Source: Octopus vulgaris (lineage: Eukaryota). Taken from it: 64,000 nt of DNA. The stretch spans positions 63,302,001 through 63,366,000 of the forward strand of contig OX597832.1 in the NCBI GenBank assembly GCA_951406725.2, in the 5' to 3' direction. Below, piece after piece: positions 53,346-64,000 of this stretch. Position 1 is the stretch's first letter, and each line of letters starts with the position of its first letter. A program made the translations under genes and the position numbers. A model generated the notes under the pieces. It had not been told where the DNA came from. It did not search any database and worked only from the letters and a program-made list of their open reading frames with translations.

Positions 53346-53689
53346 GCATGTGTGTGTGTTTGCCTCCAATACCAAAAAGTATTCTCTCTAAAACAGGAAT
53401 CCAAACAGCCATGCCTAATTGTCTCATTTTATTTTCTTGTTCCACATATATTGACAGCTGAGTCACAGAATAGAAACCTCACCAGTTTGATTGCAGCTGT
53501 TGAGTCTTCATATAATCCCAAGAAAGGATTCAATTCAGTTGTCAGAATTGTTAAAAAGAAAGAACAGATTTTTTTCTTGATGGTTTTCATGGAGGTACTC
53601 TTCTGGGCCAGCACTTAAGCAACCATATGGAGATCCTGCTATACCAAAGCATTGTCCTACCAACAGAAATCTTTGGAAAATCACTGCCA

Positions 53690-54020
53690 AGATCAGTCAG
53701 TGGTTCAATGCATTTCACCAATGGTATTCAAGGGACGGAATCACAAATTCTGATGTCCTGAGAAGAGCCAATCTGTGCAGCCTGTGGAAGATTGTGGTGG
53801 AAAGAAGAGTGAGACTCACCGGTCACGTTTTTTGACTGCCAGAAGAACAAATACCCAAGATAGCTATATAATGGGTACTGCCGGGGGGGGGGGGACACAA
53901 AGAAAGATAGGGAGAGCCATGAGGATATGGCATGCACCTTCAAAGAAGATTTGAAGCAACTCCTGGAAAGATGCAAGTAACTATGGCCAAAACCAGGATT
54001 CTTGGAGACATCTTGCTGTC
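53690..54020 (+). mobile_element. RTE-like LINE 3' fragment, very decayed
   Basis: IVVERRVRLTGHVF*LPEEQIPKIAI*WV..TFKEDL. Confidence 0.5.
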
Positions 54021-54705
54021 TGATGTACAGGACCAACTGTATGTAAGGGACCAAGATGAAGGCCATTCTGGAAGTAACTCAAGCACTGTCTCTTTTATAA
54101 TCGTGCACCAGTCACAACTTATGTGCATAGCTCATTTGAATGTTGTTTTTGAAGCTAATGTCACCCAGATTTAAGCAGATTTATAATTTATCCATAATTT
54201 TTTTCCCAGGCATTGTACATCTAAGACTACATTATCTTGGGTTTCTCTTCTTTTAAGAAGGTACAATGTTGTTTGAGGGAGATTTGGTTGTTATGTCTGT
54301 AGACCTATAAAATGTTAACATTTTGGGGTCACTAAAAAGAAAAATAGACGTTTTGAACAAACATCTTCTACTATAATCCCTACACCAACCAAAACCTTGT
54401 GACTTTAATCTGATAAACTGAAAAGAAGATCATCATCATCATCATCATCATTTTAACGTCCACTTTTCCATATTTTCATGGGTTAAGCAGTATTTGTTGG
54501 GGCAGGTTTTGTACAGTTGGATACCCTTGCTGTTGCCAACCCTTACCTGTTTCTAAACAAGGGAACATCTCCTCATGCCAGATATGTTTGTGCTGAATAC
54601 TGGGGGCAACGTAGTCAATTACATCAACCCCAGTACTCAACTGGTACTTATTTCATCAGCCCCTGAAAGGATGAAGGGCAAAGTTAACCTTAGAGATATG
54701 CTATG

Positions 54706-54761
<56 letters not shown>

Positions 54762-55186
54762 CCTGTCAACTAAAGGCACAAGGCCTCAAATTTGTTGGGT
54801 GGGCACTAGTTGATTTTATTGACCCCAGTGTTTTACTGGTACTTATTTCAGCGGAGTTTGAACCAATAATAATAAAAGTATATTAATAATGGTTTTCAAT
54901 TTTGGCACAAGGCCAGCAAGAAGAGGGAGATAGTTGATTACCTGGCCACCACCCCACCCCCTCCCAGTACTTAACTGGTACTTTATTTTACCTGGTACTT
55001 CCTTTTCTTTGTCGACCCTGAAAAAGATGAAAGGAAGAGTTAACCTCTGACCTCTATATTATTTGAACTCAGGATGTGATAAATGAAAAACAATACATTA
55101 TTGCCTTAAGTCATCATTCAAGAATAAAGACAGATTGGAATGCAATGGAATGGGTTAAATCAACACTGGCAAAAAATATTCAGTGG

Positions 55187-55225
<39 letters not shown>

Positions 55226-57711
55226 AACATCATACACCCTAACCTCACACACCTACCCATGACCCCATTAATAGAAATATCTTTGGAAAATAGTTTCAGA
55301 TGATCTGGATGACTAACTGAGTGGTTTGACAAGATGAGATTAATTTCCAGTTAATGTTTGTTTAACGCAGAACAAACATGGCACAGATTAAAGTTGACCA
55401 TTTCTTCATCAAACAAAAGCTGTTGGGACCACCACCCACAAACACTACCACTACTATTACAACAGCCCCCCCCATTTCTATTATGACCACTGTTACCACC
55501 AACACCACCACCATTGCAACTACAACCACCACCACCACCACCACCACTACTACTACCACTGCCCTACTTCAACCTCGTTAGGCCAACTATTAAACTATCA
55601 ACAATACAATTTGCAATTCAGCAATTAAAGGCGTCGTCTTGTAGCTTCTACTTATGAGTTAATGTGTATTTCTGTCAAACTATTCACATTCTCAGTTCAA
55701 ATTTGGCAAAGGTCAATATTGTCTTTTGCCATTTCAGGATTGGTAAAATGAAGGACCAGAGTTGGAGTTGATGGTATCAATGAAATTCTTTCCCCGAAAA
55801 CTTCTGGCCTCGTGCTTATATAAGAAATTATTATTATTATTATCATTATTATTGACAGCTCATGCCATCAGAGTGACACTGGGGTACAAATATACAAAGC
55901 CCAATGTACCCATCATGACCACCTAGGTACATGCATCACAACCATATGTGCATGACATAGTGATCTCCTATTGAGATAAACAGCCCATGGCCTCGAAGAC
56001 AGTGCCCAGTTAAAATTTTCTTGAGGTCAAGTAGCCCATCCTGCTCAAAAGGTCCAGAGGTGAATTATTCAAACCTCAAAGAAACCCTTCCAATACATGG
56101 TTATGATGCCCCTCACCCACTAGACCTGCTTGTGATCACTTTAAGCAAAGCCACTTTAAGCAAAGTTCTTCAATAACCTCAGACACAACCAGTACCTTGG
56201 ATCACAGGACAGGCTGCTATGCTTACCTTGGATCATGGGGTGACCTGCTGTGCTTGAGGAGACCTATTGAGTCAAGTGCATCAACATCAAAATAAAAATC
56301 AAATGGAAATTGTAGTTGTGATCCCTGTGCCTGTGGCCCGTAAAAAGCACCATCCAAATATGGCCGATGCCAATGCCACCTTGGCTGGCTTCCATGCTGG
56401 TGGCACGTAAAAAGCACCAACTGATCATGGCCGTTGCCAGCCTCCTCTGGCCCCTGTGCCAGTGGCATGTAAAAAGCACCCACTATACTCATGGAGTAGT
56501 TGGTGTTAGGAAGGGCATCCTGCTGTAGAAACACTGCCAGATCAGACTGGAGCCTGGTGCAGCCTCCTGGCTTCCCAGATCCCGGTCGAACCATACAACC
56601 CATGCTAGCATGAAAAATGGACAAACGTTAAATGATGATGATAACGATGATGATGACTTCATGGTCTTAGGAGTGGATTCGGTTGTCAGAAACTGAAAGA
56701 AGCCCATCCTAACCTTCTGATCATTTTAACATCAGTCTTCCATGCTAGATTAGATTGGACAGTTTGACAGGATCCAACAAACCAGATGGAATGTCTTCTA
56801 AGCTGGTCAGAGTGGATTCACACCAACAACACTGCTGTCCAAATAATATCGTCCTTCAAAGAAGGGATTCCACAATGAATGTCATGTATCAATGTCCAAG
56901 TTCTACTGTACAATAGGGAACCCCATAGCAGAGACTCCTCCATTTATAACCTGTCCCCAGTTCTTGTCATGTGCTGTAAAGAATGTTCAGCAAGGGAGAT
57001 AATTCTCTATCTATAAAACCCAAGCACATCTCAGATCACAGCAGACGATTGTGTTGAGTTCCAATTTCTGTTTTAGCATGGATTCATAGACTGGATTCCC
57101 TGCCTAATGACATCCATGCATTGTCTAGTGTGTAGTGTGTGTTAGTATTGGTCCCCCACCACTACTTGATGACCGATGTTGGTTTGTTTACATCCCTGTG
57201 ACTTAGCACTTTGACAAAAAGAAACCAAATGAATAAGTAACAAACTTAAGAAATAAGTAATGAGGTCAATCTTTAAGGCTGTGCCCCAGCATGGCCACGA
57301 TCCAGTGACAGAAACAAAAGATAAAAGATTATAACTACAACAATAATGATGTTGATGTTGAACTAAATTCAAAACAACTGCATCTGTACAGTGTATTCCA
57401 TCTCCGATCTTTGAATAATTCTTCTGCCATTCTTTGTATCTTAAATTAATTTGATGGAATTTTCTTAAAAAAGTCACAACAGGAAGGGTATTGAACCACA
57501 GAAAGCCTGCTTCAGTAAATGCTATGTAACCCCTGCAAACAGGAAAAGGTGGATATGATGAGGGTGGTGATGATGACAAGGACGATGACGACAGCGGCAA
57601 TAATGATGACGGTGGTGATATTAAGAAATCCATAAAATAATATTTATTTTCTGTTCAACTATGAAAAGACACTGACTATAAAAGATGTCACCTGTCAACC
57701 AACAGGTTCAG

Positions 57712-57774
<63 letters not shown>

Positions 57775-57926
57775 GTCACAGTTGTTTTTTTTTATTTTTG
57801 GTTGTTTACCAACCGCCACCCAATTTGCTGCGACAATAAACCCACAAAGATACTTCACACCTCCTCCCTCCAGCAATTTATTTGCACAACATCTAAGATC
57901 TCTAAAAGTACACCTGTAAGGATTTC

Positions 57927-57977
<51 letters not shown>

Positions 57978-57981
<4 letters not shown>

Positions 57982-58800
57982 AGATAGTTCACGAAAAAAA
58001 CAAAAGATGAAGACCGGTAGTGTACAAAACAAACAGATGTATTAGTATAATGCTCACAAATAGAAAAACTCTTTTGTTTTGAGCTTAGCTCTTCTACAGA
58101 AAGGGACACAGAAAAAAAACAAGGAGAGAAAAAAAATGTGTGTAGTGGCTAACGATTTATCATGGCGACTGCCGGACAGAAGTGTCACACAGGAGAGTGA
58201 AGAAGTAGGGGAGATAACAAAGTAAAGATGACCCCCAACACGAAGGTGCATGTGTGTATAAGAGAGTATGTATGTGCGTGTGAAAGAGGGCTGATGGTCT
58301 GGACGTGTGCGTGTATGTATGTGTAGGTGTGAAAATGTGGGGATGGGAATTGGTCAGTGCTGGTGCACACACACACACATACATATATATATATTTCCAT
58401 CGTCTTGGCTTAACATCCCTCATCGTTTGTTTTTACTGTGTTATTCTCTTTGTCCTGTCTTTTACTGTTTTTATTTGTATTGTTTTTACTGTTTTGTTTT
58501 GTTCTTACTGTCCTGTTCTTGTTACAACTTTTACCCCTCTGCAAATAATCTCAAATTTTATTTAATTTGCTTTGCGGGAAGGACTGTTTCAACAAAGTTG
58601 CATCTTGTCCTTACCTTCGAACGCAGACTAGACGAAACAGGGACAACTGAAGAAGGGGAAATATTCCTTGTGTTGTATGTCTTGTACTCTTTTTTTCATT
58701 GTTTGAAAAAAAGTTTGTTTCCATGTTTTTGTTTTTATGTTTTCGTTTCTCATTGTGTTCAACGTTTTTTGATGTCCTGTACCAATATATGCATGTATAT
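57978..58800. mobile_element. Penelope-like pLTR remnants between (TA)n tracts
   Basis: Decayed hammerhead-like CTGTAGAAGAGC-taa-GCTC-aAAAC on the minus strand at 58069-58105; microsatellite-bounded. Confidence 0.45.
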
Positions 58801-58860
58801 ATACACATAGATGTAGGTATGCACATATATGTATGTATATGTGTATATATTTATATATTA

Positions 58861-58970
<110 letters not shown>

Positions 58971-59361
58971 ACACACATATAAATACACATATCATCATCG
59001 TTTAATGTCTGCTTTCCATGCTAGCATGGGTTGGATGGTTTGACTGAGTATTGGCAAGACAGATGGCTGCGCCAGGCTCCAATCTAACCTGGCTATGCTC
59101 AAGTGGTGTTTTTTACATGCCACCTGCACAGGAGCCAGTCCAGCGGCACTGGCAACAACCTTGCTCAAATGTTTTTCACATGCCACCAGTACGAGTGCCA
59201 GTAAGGCGACGTTGGTAATGGTCATGTTCAAATAGTGCTTTTTACATGCCACCGACATGGAAGCCAGCTAGCTGCTCTGGCAACGATCACGCTTGGATGG
59301 TGCTCTTAGTCATTGAATTTGATTTCGATTTCACTTGCCTCAACAGGTCTTTGCAAGCAGA

Positions 59362-60601
59362 GGATGGCCACCACAAACACCAACACACACGTCACAAAAA
59401 TATTTCTAGTAAACGTAGAAGGGCTGTTGCGTGGCAACTGTAAAAGGAAAATCTCATTCCTGAGAAACCTTGTGGCATGCAATCAAGCTCTATGCATGGC
59501 ACTCATAGAAACACATCTTGGACCTGATGTAGGGGATGCAGAAATAAACATACCACAATATGTTGTCAAACATTCAGATAGAAAAGAGAGGAGTCATGGT
59601 GGAGTTGCAGTGTACATGCCCCAGATCCTGTTGTCATATTCAAACTCAGTGTGTGTCACTCAAATTGTACACATAAGACAATTGAATATCGTCATATGTA
59701 CTACATATCGCCCACCAGATGCCCCAAATCACACAAGCATGTTTGAAGACTGCCTTGCAAAAATAGAAGTTCTCACCAAACTGGAACAATACAACATTGT
59801 ATTCTTCATGGGTGACTTTAACTTCCCCAAAGTGGAATGGCCTGGGTGGGGGGCAGATGTTCCCAGGGATGAGACACCATCAGCAAGCACAGGCAGAGTC
59901 CCTGCTCCACCTCACAAATGCCTCTTTCATGGAGCAGATTGTGCTGCAACCCACCAGGGCAAATAATATACTGGATCTCTGCTTCACAAACAATATGGAC
60001 ATTATTCATAATGTTAAATTGATGCCAACATAACAGAGCTGTCTATGTATGGACCAAAAGCCCCCGCAGATGCACAGCCTATACGAAGCATCCACAATCT
60101 CTCCAAACTAAACTTTCATAAAGCATATAGGAAGTTGATTGAGAAAGAGATTCTCAAACAGGATTGGCCTAAATGTCTCTCCACACCAGACATTGATATG
60201 AAACGCAAACGCTTCATGTACGTAATACAAGCCATATGTAACAAATGTGTCCCAGTGTGCAGGGCCAGCACACAACAAAAACAGGATCCCTAGGGAAAGG
60301 AAGATTCTTATGAGACAACGGACAAGGATTGCAAGCTGTTCACTACACCTCTAAGACACAGGCAAGTAAACAAACAAGAAGAATTCTTTGCCACTATACA
60401 TGTAGAAGCAAAAATTGAGTACATCAACATTGAAGATGATGATATCACACTAGCCATAGGTGAGATTGACACAAACTCAGCTGCTGGACCTGATAGATCC
60501 TCCAAACTTTCAGAACAGAAGAGAAGGAGACAGTGCTGGTATTTTGGAAGACATTCCTCCTTAGATGCTTATATATATATATACTATACATACATATATA
60601 C

Positions 60602-60655
<54 letters not shown>

Positions 60656-60915
60656 GTAAATGACAAGGTAAATGACATGCAGACCGGATACACTGGCCTG
60701 GGAAGAATTGTAATTCCTGAGTCAAAATCAGTGCATGACCTGGGCATTGACATAAGTAATAATGCATCTTACCAAGTGCATATTGCCAATTTGGTAATAA
60801 AATGCAGACACCTAGTTGGATAGATCCTCCAAACTTTCAGAACAGAAGAGAAGGAGACAGTGATGGTATTTTGGAAGACATTCCTCCTTAGACGCTTATA
60901 TATATATATTATACA

Positions 60916-60970
<55 letters not shown>

Positions 60971-62125
60971 AATGACAAGGTAAATGACATGCAGACCGGA
61001 TACACTGGCCTGGGAAGAATTGTAATTCCTGAGTCAAAATCAGTGCATGACCTGGGCATTGACGTAAGTAATAATGCATCTTACCAAGTGCATATTGCCA
61101 ATTTGGTAATAAAATGCAGACACCTAGTTGGATAGATCCTCCAAACTTTCAGAACAGAAGAGAAGGAGACAGTGATGGTATTTTGGAAGACATTCCTCCT
61201 CAGATGCTTATATATATATTATACATATATATATACATATATATATATTTTATTACCAAATTGGCAATATGCACTTGGTAAGATGCATTATTGCTTATGT
61301 CAATGCCCAGGTCATGCACTGATTTTGACTCAGGAATTACAATTCTTCCCAGGCCAGTGTATCCGGTCTGCATGTCATTTACCTTTGTGAACTTCCCTGC
61401 ATTAAACTGCATGTTGTTGTCCTCAGCCCACCTGTATATTGTATCCAACTCTTGTTGCAGATGTGCAATATTTCATGGGTTTTGTATTGTCTGAGAGACT
61501 TTTGTGTCATCTGCATAGCTAGCAAGGGTGGCCAATTAGCAACTGAGGGCATGTCTGAAATGGCCACTATGAACAGTAGTGCCCCCAAGACAGTGCCCTG
61601 TGGAACACCACTTGTTGTTTTTCCTTGGAGGTGGCTCCATTGGCCACCACTGCCTGCCTTCTATCTTTTAGTAAGTTGTGCAGCCACTCTCCGAGTTTTC
61701 TGCCTATGCCGAGATCATGCAATTTGTGACAGATCGACTTTATCAAAGGGTTTTGCAAAGTCGAGATCTATCACATCCACATTTGAGCCATTTAGTAGCT
61801 GTTTTAACACCAAGTCATAGTGTTGCAGGAGCTGTGTTAGACAGCTTCTACCTGGTCGAAATCCATGCTGGGTGTCAGTCAGCAAGTCATTTTCTTCAAG
61901 GAACATGATTAGTTTCTTGCGGACTATTTGTTCTATGACTTTGCTGATGTGTGAGGTCAGAGAGATAGGCCTATAATTTTTAGCATCTGCTCTGCTTCCA
62001 CCCTTATGGATAGGGCATATCTCTTCTTTCGATTTGACTGGGAGCTTACCACTTGAAAGAAAGCTCTGAAAAAGAAGCTGTAGTCATTTTGCAAGGGCTC
62101 GTTTGCACGATTTGAGAAGATATGC
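59362..62125 (+). mobile_element. CR1/L2-group LINE, rearranged: endonuclease on +, RT inverted on -, post-RT segment tandemly repeated
   Basis: + strand ALIETHL..GGVAVY..YRPP..MGDFNFP..QPTRANNILDLCFTN..SAAGPD. - strand 62125-61250 KNYRPISLTS..QHGFRPGRSCLTQL..LDFAKPFDKV..GVPQGTVLG..YADDTK. Confidence 0.9.
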
Positions 62126-62157
62126 ATATATATATGTATATATATATATGTATATAT

Positions 62158-62218
<61 letters not shown>

Positions 62219-62351
62219 CATATATATGTATATACACGTATGTGTACATATATATATATGTATATACACGTATATGTATATATACACACATATATATATA
62301 TGTATATATACACATATATATGTATATACACATATATACATATATATATAT

Positions 62352-63224
62352 GGCGAAGAATGTACCCCACAACATAGACTGGTAGTTAGTGACTTTAGGA
62401 TGAGGACTAAGTGGACGACCAGAAGACGACCAGCATGGAGGAGAAGAGTCTGGAAGTTTAAAGATCCTGCGAATGGACAGAGATTTAGGGACATATTACT
62501 CGAAGCCTTTGACGAAACAGAAGGGGATATAGCTTCACATGGTGTAGAAGACAACTGGAGGTTTCTAAGGGACAACTTGCTGAGAGCCACTGACCAGATC
62601 TGTGGATGGTGCAAAGTCCCCTCTCGACCCAAAATAACATGGTGGTGGAACAATGTTACAGACAGGGCTATTAGAGAAAAGAGACAGGCTTGGAAGGATG
62701 GGAAGAATGGTGGTAGCAGGGAATTGTATCAGACTTCCAGAAGAGAAGCTAGGAGACAGATTTATTTAGCCAGAGGGGGAGCAGATAAGAAAAAATTTGC
62801 CAATGCTCTGCGCCATAAGGACCAAAGACTTGAGGTATTTCGTGTTGCAAGACAGTGTGTGAGAGAGAACCATGATGGGGTAGGAGAGAAATGTGTTCGC
62901 ATGGATGATGGTTCACTTGCTCTAAATGAGGATGCAAAGAGAGAGGTTTGGAGACGCCACTATGAAAGGTTGCTGAATAAAGAAAATGAATGGGAGAAAG
63001 AGAGTTTGCTGAATGTCGACCTAACAGAGGGACCAGCTATCTGAGTTGACAGTACCTTGGTAGATAAAGCAATTAAAAGTATGAAGACAGGGAAAGCCCC
63101 CAGCCCATCAGGAATTACTGCAGAGATGCTCAAAATATTTGGCATTGTCGGCTATAGCCTAGTCACCCATATAGTTAACCAGGTGATACACGAAGGAGTC
63201 ATACTCAATGACTGGTGTAGCAGC
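62352..63224 (+). mobile_element. RTE-clade LINE internal fragment, same family as 3970-6293
   Basis: [57 protein letters not shown]; colinear with 4613-5485. Confidence 0.9.
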
Positions 63225-64000
63225 TGAGAATAATAAAACCCGAATCCTTCATTCGTACTATGCCAAACCTATGGCCTCCAAATATTTGATCCACCGGAAC
63301 TCAGCTATCGCGGACAATGCCAAATTCAATATTTTGATGGCAGACCTCGTCAGAACAATGCGAAATGTGTCCCACATGTGCAAGCCTACAGAGTTAAAGA
63401 GACACATACAACATTTTGTTCACCGCATGCAGTTCTCAGGTTACAGCCATAAAGACAGGATCAGAGTATACAAAGGAGCCATGAAGAAATTTGATACTAT
63501 CTTATGTAATGATAGGAATGGGATTTGCCCACTCTATAGGAACAAGTCATGGAACACTATTGAAAGGACAAAGAAGAAAATAGGGAAGGCCAACTCTTGG
63601 TATGATAGCCACAAATACCAGATTGTCATGTTCATCGACACCACCCCTAGAGGTGAACTGGCGTACTGCTTTTGAAGGACCCTAGACAAACTTAAGCTAA
63701 GGATTAAGGTTGTTGAAAAGCCAGGCAACCCTATCAAATCCATAATCGGTAGAACCTACCCTTTTAGTAGAACCCCCTGTACGGATAAGTACTGTGCTGT
63801 ATGTAGATTTAGCCCACAAACAAACTGTAAAGCCAGAAATGTAGTCTATAGTATAAGATGTATAGAGGGACGATGCAGTAACAAGACAATGACATACGTA
63901 GGAAAAACGGCACGGAGCATAGGAGAGCGGGTAAATGAACATTGGAGAGAACTTAAGGAAGGAAAGAGCTCAATCAACAACATAGAAGTTAAAATCTTGT
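63225..64000 (+). mobile_element. Penelope-like element (Naiad-type), RT thumb plus GIY-YIG endonuclease, one in-frame TGA
   Basis: YYAKPMASKYLIHRNSA..MQFSGYS..PLYRNKSW..IKVVEKPG..PCTDKYCAVC..CKARNVVYSIRC..YVGKTARSIGERVNEH. Confidence 0.85.

Noticed and set aside
58605-58672. Hammerhead from GAAAC..CTGAAGAAG motifs
   Set aside because: Motif order and helices do not assemble into a canonical core.
62103-63044. 313-aa ORF as a host gene
   Set aside because: TA/CA microsatellite fused in frame to an RTE LINE fragment.
63673-63675. Selenocysteine codon
   Set aside because: Not at a conserved Cys position, explained by a CpG transition, and no SECIS visible in the window; kept only as a check.

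Overview
AT-rich, repeat-dense animal genomic DNA. The SINE, LINE and microsatellite landscape looks like an octopus or other coleoid cephalopod (inference). The only host gene I can support is an internal part of a + strand filamin gene (Ig-like filamin repeats, most like jitterbug/FLN-2-type filamins). It has 14 GT-AG exons between 14747 and 48496, all phase 1-1 and all multiples of 3, giving 679 codons. The exons follow a repeating 84/138/~174/~147-nt four-exon cassette that encodes two filamin repeats. Start and canonical stop lie outside the window, but there are candidate alternative ends: a read-through stop at 29716 and a terminal exon ending in a CaaX box at 50591-50658. The introns and flanks hold RTE, CR1-like and R4/Dong-like LINE fragments, Penelope-like (GIY-YIG) elements, several tRNA-derived SINE families, palindromic MITEs and satellites. 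The most striking non-obvious signal is a four-copy element combining a tRNA-like Pol III head, a minimal hammerhead ribozyme and Penelope-type inverted ends. One copy is still attached to a Penelope GIY-YIG tail. Several unrelated hammerhead motifs occur elsewhere in the window. Almost all ORFs in the supplied track are microsatellite or transposon artefacts.
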